Source of the DNA: Balanoglossus misakiensis
Lineage: Eukaryota > Animalia > Hemichordata
Direction of reading: 5' to 3'
DNA: 64,000 nucleotides
Assembly (NCBI GenBank): GCA_040954595.2
Contig: CM082576.2
Location: 14,449,129-14,513,128 of the forward strand
This document shows, piece after piece, positions 41,401 through 53,673 of the stretch. How positions within the stretch are numbered: the stretch's first letter is position 1; the number at the start of each line of letters is the position of its first letter. The translations under genes were made by a program, and so were the position numbers. A model generated the notes under the pieces. It did no database searches. It was not told where the DNA came from and saw nothing but the letters and a program-made list of their open reading frames with translations.

Positions 41401-44400
41401 TTTTTCATTTGAAACCTGAGTATCTTGCCATACAATATCTGGCAGTGTGCTGTTTTGTTTAATTGCAACATATTATTAAGCATTCTTTTTTTTTTTAATT
41501 CCAGGAGATACTGAGTACTCTTCAAGATGTCAGTAACACAACAGACTGGGATCCGTACACTGAATATTGTAAACTGTCGTGTGAACCCTATCCAAGCAAT
41601 GCGCCGGACTCAACAGATGCTACCAACCAACAACAACAACAACAGCATCTCTTGTATTTCGACACCGTGTCCTGTGTGCCAAAGTACAACACCAAAATCC
41701 ACCGGCTTCAGAAGTTTCTGATCAAGATATCCAACTACATTCCAGGCGTCACAGTTGTGGAGCATGAAAACCTTTCTGTGACTATCGCCAGGTAAGGTTT
41801 GGTGATTGCAATTTTATGAAATGCCTGTTCCTTCTGTGTGTCATAAATTGATTGATGATAACTTTGATTTTAAACATCTGACATCTGTTATGCTGGATCT
41901 TCAATGCCTTAGGCCAAATGTCATTATCTGCAATTGATTATTCAGAAACCTTAGTATATGTGTGTGTGTGTTTATGCAATAGTTTTACAATAATTGTTTT
42001 TGTTCATCCACTCCCAATTAGCTAACCACATGCAAATGGAAAATTAAAAAGATTTTTTTTTTCAATGCAGTGTATGCATACCAAATAGCATACTATTACT
42101 TTAATAATAATTATCAGATATAAGGCTTCAAAGTATTAATTGTAAACATACACAGAAGCTATACACTCTTCTTATTCAAACATAACAAAGTCAATGTGTT
42201 ATGTGGACTTAGTGTAATACCAAAGTCACAATTGTATGTAAAATACATATTAAGTAACCCCTTTCACTGGCGGTGCAGTAAAAAGTTAGTTGCCATTACT
42301 ATGAAAGTCAATCAATCATAGTTTTATAGACAACAGATGATTTCCTAATGACAGATGGAACCTTGCCAACTCTGCATTGTCAACTGCTCTTTACATGTGT
42401 GTATTTGACTGCTACATGTAGGGGCAGTTTGATAAACAATACACTTTTCATGGTTATTTCATCAAACATTACCATTCTATATGAGTCCTACAGTATCTGG
42501 CCTGGACTACATAGAATGAATGAATGGCACTGTCAGTCTTTGCATTCAATAAATACATTTTGACATTGTTTCATAATGCTTAAAAAGACATCAGTGTTTT
42601 GCTAGCAAAACTTTGCAGACGATGTATTTTATATAATTATGATTTAAAAAAATACAGTGTGAGATTTTGTGCTAAAACCTAGTCACCATCATATAGCAAA
42701 TCTTAGCAACTATATATGGATGCTCATATTTGCTTGATAGAAATTAGCACAGAAAAGTTGCTGCCCTCTTACTGACCTTCTATATATAACAATAATCACC
42801 CAATACTGGAAGGAAATTACTTTTTAATGGTTGAAAATAATACTCTCTAAATTCACATTGTATCTCTAACACAGATACTGACATGGTCATCATGGTGTGC
42901 CGAAATGATCTGAAATTTAAATGAATGTCAAAATATTAAGAATTATTTGAGATTTACCCCGGGTATATACAATAAATGTGATGTTGAAGAGTCCTATAAA
43001 TTTGTTCAAATATTTACATGAATGAATTAATCTAAAATATGAGTTTGCTTTTCATGCATTTGTTTGCTTGTCTGTCTGTTTGCATGCCCCCGTTTATCTG
43101 AGTGTCTGCATCTGTCAATTTATAGCATTCTTTGAAAGTCCAAATAAAATTTTGCCATGGTAATCTTTATTAATTTTTCTACAGATAAAAACATCTTACA
43201 TTTTGAAGTAAAATAGCAACCAAAGTTTTTATTTAGCCTTTTCTTTTTCAGAGAAAAGTGATGGTAAAACTATTTTTTTATATAAATTTCAACATATTTT
43301 TTGTCATTTTTTTTTTCTTTTTTGTGGTTATAGGTGTTGGCAGACAGACCTGGATGATTCTATATGGATGTTTAGTGAATGTCCAGACGCAAATGTCCAC
43401 GGAATATGTTGGACGTACGTCCAGGCCCGTCCACTGCAGGACGGTGTGGGCAGCCTCCTGACAATGGTCGCTTGTCCAGACGTCGGGGAATCCCCGAAAA
43501 GCAAAATGATTGCCACGCAGCTTGCGTCCCTCCGAGATTATTTCCAGTTGAACAGAGTCAAGTTACAGCCCTCTCAGGAAGACAACATCGGCAACAAGTT
43601 GAAGGCGTTCGCCGGCCAGCTGAAGAAGCGAGCGCAGACGTTCAGCTTCAAGAAGGACCAGTTCCATTTGGACAGCGCCGACACGCAGGCCATACAGAAC
43701 GAGTTGAAGGCGACGGACGAACAGGAGAAAGCGGCCGAGAGGGCCAAGAAATCCGAGAAGGAGAAGAAGACGGAGCCGAGAAAGTTCGGCAAGAGGCTGA
43801 GCTTCGATTTCTACAAGAGCACTCCTCCGGAGAAATCGACGAGCAGAGCGAGCGAAGCGAGAGACGGCGTGAGAGATACGGACAACGCCGGCACTGGCAA
43901 TATCAGCTGGTTCACGAGTAGCGTAGGAAGCACGACGTCCGTCAGCAGTACTGCCTCCGAGGACTCGCAGCCGAGCGGCACGAGACACACGCCGGAAAAG
44001 GCGAAAGACGACCATCAAGCGAAAAAGGTCAACGGTGACAGTGAAATCACTAAAAGAACACTAGCAGTGAAGCTCAAAGATTTGGCGAAAAGCGACGCGT
44101 TCAGAAAACTTCAGGATGACAAAATGGAGCTGGATGATTCCAGGCATATCCCCAATGGATCGAGTGTGGTCCGGAAAACTAGTACAAGCAGTACGGATGA
44201 ATCTGGACAAAGTACACCAACCAAATCAGGGGGGAAATCAACACCAGTACTACCATCAAGTGAGTATTTTCATCAGAGTGTCATTTTTGCAGAAAAGCTA
44301 AGCAGACTTTTATTTTTGGATATTAAAACACATACAGTTATATTAAGAAAGAATTGTAATTTACCAGTTTCAACCAGACATTAATTCTTGGAATTCTTGG

Positions 44401-47400
44401 CACCCTGGTCTGTTAGACTGCCAAGTGCATGTTACTCAGTAGGGCCTATACAAGACCCTCAGCTGAACCAGTGCAAACCAGTACAATTTGGTACATGTTA
44501 ACTGGGGTTCAAACTGCCAAGTGTGTCTAAGTACATATGTGAGCCATGCCTAGACAGTCAATGTTTAATAAGAAAAATGGCGCATGCATATAATAGACTT
44601 GAGACTCCAACTGGCTGTGACGCCCAGTAGCGTTAGGGACCTGTATCTATGTCAGGACTGGAATTGACCATTGACGTAGGATTGAAGTGGTTTGAAAACC
44701 ACTGGCATCGCATGTGTCCTCTAGTAGCCAGTTTTAGCGTCGTTTGTTCTGATCTCCTCTGATTGCACACATAGGTACAGAAGTGAAGTTTTACAGAACG
44801 CTGGCCAATCAAGCAGCGGCTGAAGTCTTGGCCGAAGCTCTGAAAGCGGCGTCCATCGATGTGTCTTCCACCGATGCTGAGCAGAGACGACAGACAGGAG
44901 GATGGCAGTAAGTTTTAATTATTAACTGTTGAAGTGAATTTTTAGAGATCTTTATCAGGTGGTGCACCGTGGTGGAGTGGTTTATGATTAATGCAGATAG
45001 ATGCCTGTGTGTAAGAATGTGGATATGACAACATTTTAGGAGGGATGTTTACAGTTTAGTCAATGTATGTAGCTTTAATACATGCAGAAGGGGTAAGTAT
45101 TGCAAGTACTGTAATGTGAAAATTACTTGCAATGAGAGCTATATCATCTACTGGGTAGTTCTTGAACATTGTAATAGTGGGCATCAAGTTTGATGTAAAA
45201 TTTTCAATTATTTGACCGGAAATGGCCAGTGTGATATGTTTTCAAAATAATCACTGTCACCACTGTACACGTCTAATTTTTACTCGTCAATCACAGTTTA
45301 TTTGAATCATTCATTCATGTAGAGGTGTAGACTAATAAATCCCCCTTCATGCACTATCTGTGCAGGTTTCAGTGTCTCGAGAAAGAAGTGGTCATTCTGA
45401 GAAAAGATGGCACAGGCCCTTATCACAGGTGAGTGTGTAAGACAATGCTTCAATCATGTGACTCTATAAGTTCAAAAGAATACATCGCTAGTGTTGGTAC
45501 CGGTACCACATCTTTTTATTACATTGACATATTTCATACAAATATTCATGAAGATGAAACAGTGAGTAAACAAATTGCACATTTATTGATGTGTATTCCA
45601 GAAGCTGTAGATTGGCTCTGCTTATTCCCTAGTCTGATTAGTCTATCGTTCATGGGATACACCAGTGATATCAATGCGTGAATCTGTAGACTACCACATA
45701 CCAGTAAAAGCTCTAAACTATGTCATTTTGCCATTTTGGTATCACCCTGTTACATTTAACGATTCAATTATCATAAAAAGCTTGCACATGGTAAAGGCTT
45801 ACATGGATAGCTATTTAAACAGTATTAATGTATTCTGTATAATTGAAAGTCTGTGTGTGTGTGTTTTACAGTTTCCTTGGTAAAGGTCTGATCAAAGCGC
45901 CTCCCAAAGCGGTCTATGAGGCAATCAAGAATCCTCTGACCAGATTCACTTATGATAACATGCTGAAGGTGAGACTGTCTGCTGTTATCTAATCATGATG
46001 GCTTGTGTGCTAGTCATCCAGATACCCAAATTTCTGTGTTGTGACGAAAATTGCGAGACATTGAGTAGATTTAGGGCAAATAGTATAGCCATATAATGTA
46101 CGGTATGAATACTGACTGCTGGTGACTCAGCCTCATGACTCCCTTTGGTTGTTCTGATTTGTATATGTACATGTGCATGTACACATTGTATATATATACA
46201 CATGCATATGATTTGCATGGAAACTTGTGTTACATGTAAGATTGACACACTACAGACACTGTACTGATACATGAAAATTCGTCATGGTTGATATTTTGTC
46301 ACATGACAAGAATGGAAACTGCGCTTCCAGAATATTTTAATTTTCCATGAGTATATAAGTGGATATGTTTTGCCGCTGTAATTTCTATACATCTATTGAT
46401 TGCAGAAATTGGATGTTGTTGCAAACCTGGGAACGGGATTACAAGTCTGTAAGTAGGCAATGATGAGCAGATGTATTTTGCATATCAAGCATAGTGATTG
46501 CTAAGGAAATTTTACAATCACTTGACCTGAAAAAAAGAAAATGCCCTGTTTTAAAGTTTCTGTTAATAATACAGCTTATAGAAGAAGGGGCACATGAGAT
46601 TAAAAAATGACCTGTATTGTTATTTTAAATGAAAGATGTGAAATTTCTGAAATTTTGTCAAATCTTTCCAGTTTTTATAGCCGTGGGTAGGTGCATGTCT
46701 GTTCAATCTAATTTTAGAAATGATATGTTTTTCATCTTCTCAGTTTTATTTCGACACCAAGAAATATGGCATGGATTCAGAGAGACAAGCTCACATTAGA
46801 GGGAATGAATAATCCATAAATTGTACAAGACAGATTTGTGAGATCATTTTATCCATTATTTTTTTGCAGTGCATATGATACATGAAACCACTCAGATCTT
46901 CCGGAAAGATTGTCGAGACTTTTCTGTTCTACAGACAAGCCGAATTGATGTAAGTCCTATCATCCCCACACATTATCTGATTATATTCAGCGTGATGGAA
47001 AATGTATTCCTTAATACAAAAGACATTGCATAATGAGATTTTTGTTTCACATGTGATACGCCTTTAGGAGTATTTAAATAAATCAAAAATGACAATATAA
47101 AACGCAATGTTCAGATAGACAGACATGGGTATTTTCTGGTTGGTTTCCTATAAGAAGGGTGTTAAAAATATCTCCTTTTGATTTGTGGTGGATTGAACAT
47201 TTTTTTCCCCATTTGTCCTGTAACCTAGCAACGTGTGGATAGCAATCTTAGAATTTCATTAAAACCGCCAGACCTATTCATTGTGACATGTGTCAGGCCA
47301 TATGGCAGGAGATTGAATGATTAAAATAAAATGAAATTTTTGAGCACTTTTGAAATCCACTGTCATAATGCTAGGTATCAGAATCTTTCTCAAAAGAAAT

Positions 47401-48257
47401 CTTTAATATGCAAATTCATATCGCAATGTGACATATTCGGTATCTTTGCCAAAAGTTTAAATTTGCATTTTGGATTTATTGCAGATGTTCAGTATATGAT
47501 ATGTGCCTCACTGCTTGATAATCATCTTGTTCCAGTACTGATTGTTCAATACCACCATGCATCACCTGAATGTACAGAAATCCTCAATAATTTTCATAAA
47601 TCAACATATCTAATTTGTGTGTTTATTTACCAGGGGGATCTGTACATTGTGGCAATGACCTCCGTGGACTGGCCTGATAGTCAGACTCCAGAGGGCGGTG
47701 TAAGAGCGATCGTCATACCCAGTGGGTGGGTGATAGAGCCAGCTTTTCGAAACAGGAAGATTCAGTCGATGGTTACGTATATGGTCCAGGTACGTAGATG
47801 TTCAGTCAGGAATGATCCATCTGCAAGGTGTTCTAATAATTTCTGTAATCGCACAAGTAAATTAAAATCTCCATTTTCTGCAAGCAAATTGCCATGTCCA
47901 GATATTCTGACTGTACAGTTAGTAGATGTTTGGCAGCAGTTTGAGAGTTTTCATGGCTATTTAAAGAAACTGAATTTGGGATTTTTAGAAATATGGTCAT
48001 CCGCTGTCAGTATCAACTGCAGTTCCTCATATTTCTTAAACCTATACTTGTGAAAGGGAACTGAATTAATTTTTGAACAATTATGTAAACATAAAAACAG
48101 TTGAAAGGCTAATATATCATTCACCGTATTTCTGCTTGTTCTGCAGATTGACGTTGGCGGCAAAGATGTCCCGGCGAGCTTCTTCAATTTCCTTTCCAAG
48201 AGACTTCCACTCAGCATCGCGTACCTCAGGCAGTATTTGCAGTCTGGTCTTCCATAA
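35434..48257 (+). CDS. START-domain lipid-transfer protein: hydrophobic N-terminus, degenerate START-like region, S/T/K-rich linker, C-terminal STARD9-like START domain
   Basis: In-frame exons 35434-35598, 39096-39236, 41505-41791, 43334-44259, 44775-44907, 45366-45428, 45872-45968, 46406-46448, 46870-46949, 47634-47789, 48147-48257. C-terminal GGWQFQ...HSFLGKGLI...RDFSVL...AMTSV...VRAIVIPSGWVIEP...VTYMVQIDVGG...KRLPLSIAYL matches the START fold, closest to recalled STARD9. The start may instead be the later ATG of MSYVWSLLW. Confidence 0.82.
37300..37585. repeat. Two-copy tandem duplication, ~140-bp unit
   Basis: tgcaaattactctttaatttcaca..aagtgtga.tgcattt..gaaatggttcctgac..gttctgaaagtctg occurs twice in tandem. 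Confidence 0.75.
41042..41225. mobile_element. ~180-bp TTAA MITE copy, opposite orientation
   Basis: TTAA|aggtatacagtcacctcc ... gtatacct|TTAA; homologous to 24431 and 52255. Confidence 0.8.
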
Positions 48258-51200
48258 TTCACAGTCTGATTGTAGTCAACCCGCCCGTGTCTGCAGCTTT
48301 GTTCTGCTGTAATGTCCATCATTCCGGACGTCACGATGCAATATGAGGTTTGCCATCTATGGAGATCTAACAAAATTACGTGGCATACACCCTTTTTTTG
48401 TAAGTCTAGCACCCTCATGCTGCCATCATGAATTTGAACTCAAAGCGAGGCTGATGGGGAAAGTTGACCAATCACATCGAGGGCATGTCCCAACTGGCCT
48501 CGTTCTTGAGGTCAAATTCATGATGGTTGCTTGAGGGCGCTAGACTTACTGTGAAAAGGGGGGGGGTTTGGGGAATCCCCATCTATAGTGTAAAACGTAG
48601 ACAGTTCTATCACTGACAACATTCTACCAGAGCTGATCAAGAGCGGAGGAGGAATGACTAGTGATCGTGGATATTTACATAGAATTTTTGAATATGTAGT
48701 GTACCATATGGCAGGTGTACCATACTTTCATTTCATTTTCTAGTTTCCTGCTCTAGTTATTTTTTGTTACTAGCAATGCTTGACGTGTAAACTTTCTTCC
48801 TCATTATTTGCTCTCGATGGTCAGTTCTAACACTGTTTCAAGTCTTCCTTCTCTCCTAGGATACTTTTATACTTTTTTGGACAGGGTCAATGTCACTTTC
48901 CCTTAGAGAAGCACAGTCAGCAATCCCAGTCTTTGTCAGAGACAATTGGAGATTTGACCCTTGATCCCAGTTTTGCATTATGAGATGCATTTTCTGATTT
49001 TAGTGAGCACAGTACAAGCCTGGCTCTTCATCATTATCTTGATTTTATGTTATGGAGCTGGCCAGGCGACTGAAATTGCCAGAATAGGTGTTTCGACAAC
49101 CTGATCATTTCTTCCAGAAGACTTGAAAATAACGTTCATCGGAACATGTTAAATGTGCATTGCACTAACTGATTCCGTAGTGTCATGTGTAATATCTAAT
49201 CATGTAACAGTGCCTGAAAGCAGTGAAGGACTTTTTTTATAAGAGCCCACAACCTGTTTCAATATTTATGTTCATTTCATATTCCATGACAGACAAGGAA
49301 AAGCTGACAGTACATGTATGCTAATTTGTGCAATATCAAAAGCCACTTTTTGAACAAGTATTCGTGTTGTAAATTCTGACGCAAGAGTTTTGAGTACAAC
49401 TGAAATGTGCATATACTGATAAACCAAAAGAATTCATATCATTAAACTGTTATAAAAGTCTTTTCAGTGTAAACTAAGATTTTCTATTTATGTTGACTTT
49501 TTTTAGTTTGTTTTATAACTTCAAAGAGGCTGCAGTTGTTTTGACCATTTTGCTTGGCTGAATTTGGTTTTAATGTTTTAGTTTATGTTTTAGTTTAGTA
49601 TATATGTGTATGTAAGCATAAAGAAGCTCATCACTGATTTTGGTTATCCATAGATATGAATCTAAAACTCAGAAATAAAAGGTTACATTTCTATACTAGT
49701 TTTTATTTTTATGGCAGATGTGGGTTGGTATTATGTGGATTTGGGTGTAACTATTAGTAGTGATCTTGTTTGTCTCTGACTTTACTAGCAGGTCAAAAGT
49801 ATTTAAGATATTTTAGCGGCTAGTTTGTTTATTAGTTTGATTTTCATTGTAGGCAGCAAGTGGTAATTAACCCTTGGTTTCCATTAAAGACTACGCCAGT
49901 CCAGCCCTCCTAGTGGCTCTCCCCACTCTGTAACCCATGGTAACCATTCATATTCAGTTTGTGACTTCACTGTTTGCAAATTAATTCTTGAACTTGAAGT
50001 CTGTCAATTGGACAGAGAGAGCCACAATCAGTCTGGTGTAGTGGGTTGGGTTTTTTCAGATTTAGAATTCATTTCATCTGGATTTTTTTTTTACTTAAGG
50101 TACATTGTGAACTGCAAGGTAGTGAGTGTGAGTGATTAGCTTATTGAGAAGACAACTCAAAATTAATTACTGGTGGCCTGTTTATGGATTTCCATAATTC
50201 GTGGGACATGAGTGTTTGCCCCTGAAATACACTGTATAGCTGCATCACACATGTAGTGGTATATACATGTATGCACAACTGCCCTACCACTACCAAAATA
50301 TCCCGACTTTTTGTCTTTGCTGAATAAACATTATTTTCAGTCATTGTATGTACTAGTATATGCTCTCATCACAGCCCTGTGGTGTGTTTCCATCATTTGA
50401 CGCGCGTTGAAAATACTACAGTGACGTCAGCAACTTACACGTTCGACGTGTCATTTCCAATAAACAGACACATTTTGCGCGGATCTGACATGGCGAAATG
50501 TCAAGTTCATGATTTTAAAAACATATTCGGAAAATCGACGGGGATAAGTTTTTTTCAAAGGCAATGCTCTTCGTGTATTGTATTTGTCGATGCGTGCAGA
50601 CATAGACCCTGCAATGTCCATGATGCCATGCATGTCGACGTTTATGAACAAACCGTAAGGCCTATACAAAGTTGTTCTAACTGCCGCTGATAATAATAAA
50701 CGTACCGTTTTAAATCCTTCCTGCACGTTTTTTGGTACACGTATTTGGGTTTAATTTCCATTTATTGACGATCGCATAGTTATCAAATGAAAGCAACTAA
50801 AAAGGGCAGTTTTAATACATTTCAAGAGACGAAACATGCATACAATAACTATAGTATTGGCTTCCATTATACTACGGACGTACTACACCTGGAGAGCAGG
50901 ACGATGCACCTGCGTTCTTTTCAACTCCATAAAAGGTGACTAAGTATTTTTGTAAGAAAAGTGGTCCGTAAAGGTGACAACGAGGGAGAGACAACAAGGG
51001 AGGGTATTGTTAACAGCATTGTCTGTTTCACCATAGACTCTAGGGTCTATGGTTTCACTGAAACCACACCAAGTGTAAGCCTTGACAAACGGGACACATC
51101 GGAGATCAGAACTGCATGAACTTTTGTCCTCTGTAAAATTCAGTCGCTTGGTCGTAGAAGGGAATCTCTGGTTCAAAATTGTAGCCTACTACCCGAGAAT

Positions 51201-51299
51201 ATGTTGCCATGCTAACGTCGTCGGTCGCGTGAGTGCAGGCGTGTATAAGCATAAGCTCGCTCCAACGCGTCGGCAGCGGACAACGGTACCACAATTTAG

Positions 51300-51385
51300 T
51301 TGCTGACGTCACTCACTTCCGGGTTCGCGCAGTTTTTGGCTGGCTGTAGCTCTGTTATGCGTAAGTGAAAGTGAATGAAACCAAC
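51300..51385 (+). promoter_or_regulatory. Putative promoter cluster upstream of the TIR gene: CRE, ETS and IRF-like sites
   Basis: Palindromic TGACGTCA (51304-51311), CACTTCCGGG (~51315-51323), AAGTGAAAGTGAATGAAACC (51363-51382), all in a CpG-richer patch. Confidence 0.45.
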
Positions 51386-51609
51386 GTTTTTCATAGTACT
51401 TTTTAATCGCATTTCGCAGAATTGGCTCAAAAACGGATCACAACGTTCCACTTTAAAAGTATCTGTGAGTGGCAGACGGAAGATGATAAAGTGTTGACAT
51501 ATTCTGATTATGATGCACTGAAGCAAATGATATATGTGCGTCACCTGAAGGTAAAGAGAATTTGTTCGTGAACGAGATAGAATTAGGCCTGGAATGTAGT
51601 TTAGCATTC

Positions 51610-52230
51610 ATGATGTCACTGCCGCTGTTAGGTGTCACTGTATTAGTTACAGTCAGTGTTGCACTTTGCAAAAAGTTCCAGTGGCACATACATTACGGTT
51701 ACTTCCTCGTGAAACTGAAACGAGGAGGTTATCAGCGAGTTGATAAAGATGACCAGCCGGCCGACAAACAGTATGATGCCTTTGTAGTTTACAACGAACA
51801 CGACAGGGATTGGGTTATGCACGACCTGGTTCCCCATTTGGAGAACATCAACCCACCAAACTTTAAACTGTGTATTCATGAACGGGATTTCATGGGCGGC
51901 AACGATATCATCCAGAACATTCTGGACAGTATAGAGAACAGCCACAAGACGATGTTGGTCCTGTCACCGCATTTTGCGCAAAGCGAGTGGTGTTACTTTG
52001 AAATGAGAATGGCTCAGAGTTGCCTCTTTGAAGAGAAGCGAGACATCATAGTAATGGTATCACTGGAAGACATTCCTGATGACGTCATGCCTCGCATATT
52101 ACGTAATATCTTACTGACAAAAACCTACATCAGGTGGCCCAGGAATGAGATGGGCAGGAGGCTGTTCTGGGAGAAACTGAAACAGGAATTGAGATCAGAC
52201 AGTCGAGTCAACAGGGTGGCTAAGGTATAA
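51610..52230 (+). CDS. Intronless transmembrane-TIR protein (Toll-like receptor derivative lacking LRRs)
   Basis: TM segment LPLLGVTVLVTVSVALC followed by TIR boxes YDAFVVY, LCIHERDF, SHKTMLVLSPHFAQSEWCYFE, TYIRWP, FWEKLK. The frame is open from 51514, the first ATG is 51610, and there is an in-frame TGA at 51511. Confidence 0.88.
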   Translation: MMSLPLLGVTVLVTVSVALCKKFQWHIHYGYFLVKLKRGGYQRVDKDDQPADKQYDAFVVYNEHDRDWVMHDLVPHLENINPPNFKLCIHERDFMGGNDIIQNILDSIENSHKTMLVLSPHFAQSEWCYFEMRMAQSCLFEEKRDIIVMVSLEDIPDDVMPRILRNILLTKTYIRWPRNEMGRRLFWEKLKQELRSDSRVNRVAKV

Positions 52231-52254
52231 ATTTCATATTTATATTCGCATTAA

Positions 52255-52438
52255 AGGTATACGGTCACCTATGGAAATTTAGCTACAGTTACCATGGTAA
52301 ACATGAGATCTAGCCAATCATGGATTTTCAGTGGGTGGCTCAAGCGAAAAAAAGCGCCGCCACATGTTCTTTAGAACGGTTAAATACGCCATATCAGCCA
52401 TATGTGGGCGTATGTAAATTGGAGGTGACTGTATACCT
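52255..52438. mobile_element. ~180-bp TTAA MITE copy just after the TIR stop codon
   Basis: TTAA|aggtatacggtcacct ... aggtgactgtatacct|TTAA. Confidence 0.85.
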
Positions 52439-52659
52439 TTAAACATGCGAGGTACAATTATACATAATGGACAGGTATATAAGTACATGTAAACAGGTGG
52501 TTTTGACTACAATGTAGTAGAATTACTAGTTTATTAACCTACATGTATTAACTAACTCATGGATTGGAATCAACCACACGCCTTTCTGTATCTTTCAGTA
52601 TCAATAGAATTTTACCACGCAGTTGCCTCGTGTTTTACAAAACAATTTTACCAAAGTTA

Positions 52660-53673
52660 GGGAGCATTCGTTTTTTACAGGGAGGGGGGGGGGCGGTGGA
52701 ATTTGAGTCGCCGACTAAATGTAAAAGGCAACCCCCCCTGGAAATTACTTTTCTAAAATGTGACCCCCCCCCCAAAAAAAAAGTTTATCCACCGGATTAA
52801 ACTTATCAAACTTTGTCAGATATTGGTGTATGTTCGACATACCACATAATCAACCATGAAACCTAGTTCCTTGATTTCCAAGTAGTGCATTGTCTGCCTG
52901 ATCTTGTTACGTGAAAGAGTTCATTTTCAATGTCGCCGCTATCACTTTCCTGTGAATCACCTAGTTCACCTATCACTACATGTTCATCTTCTGGTTCACT
53001 GTCCTCTTTGTCCCTCTCATGGTTTACTCTGAGACTTTCCAGAGTTGTTTGACACAGTTTCCGGCCAATGTGCGCTTCAACTATTTTCAGTTTGTCTTTT
53101 TTCAGCATCTTTTTCTCTGTTGTCAATTTATGTCTGTTCATGTACATGTCTACTGAACATTGTTTTTATTTTTTAAGTATTTGTATTCTGTGTTGGGAGA
53201 CATTGTAAACCGAGAATTGAAGGGGGTGGGTTTGGGAGGGGGTGTCCCCCTCCCACGACGTAAGAAAATTTTATAAAATACAGAGCTGAAAGCTGCATTT
53301 TAATGAACCCAGCAAAAGCAAATTAACGTCGCCGCTCAAAGTTATCATGGGATGGGGGCAAGTCCCCTGACTTGGGACACTAGATAAACCAGTCAATGAT
53401 TGATAGGTGTTGATGAATGGACGGGGTGGGTGTGGGAGGGGGTGTCCCCCTCCCACGTAAGAAAATTTTGTAAAATAAAGGACGCGAAACTGCATTTTTG
53501 TGGACTCAAAATAAATATTTAGCCGTCAAAGTTTTCAAGTCCCCCCTTTCAGTCCCTATATAATAATCCCTTTATTATAAAATTTGTCCCCCCCTAAAAA
53601 CTGCTTTGTAAAAGTAAACCCCCCCCTGATTTCCACCGCCCCCCCCCCCTCCCTGTAAAAAACGAATGCTCCC
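52660..53673. mobile_element. Non-autonomous PIF/Harbinger-type element
   Basis: TIRs gggagcattcgttttttacagggag(g)ncggtggaa / ttccaccg(c)ntccctgtaaaaaacgaatgctccc, with TTA duplicated on both flanks. Confidence 0.85.

Noticed and set aside
43379-44018. Long alternate-frame and antisense ORFs (180 aa, 151 aa)
   Set aside because: Shadows of a GC-rich coding exon, with no recognisable motifs.
51420-51500. NWLKNG... as the frameshifted first half of the LRRCT
   Set aside because: Only a WL dipeptide resembles the motif and there is no NPxxCxC; too weak to call.
52863-53147. 94-aa acidic ORF as an independent gene
   Set aside because: Lies wholly inside a TIR/TSD-bounded element, with no catalytic motif or splice support; treated as cargo or remnant.
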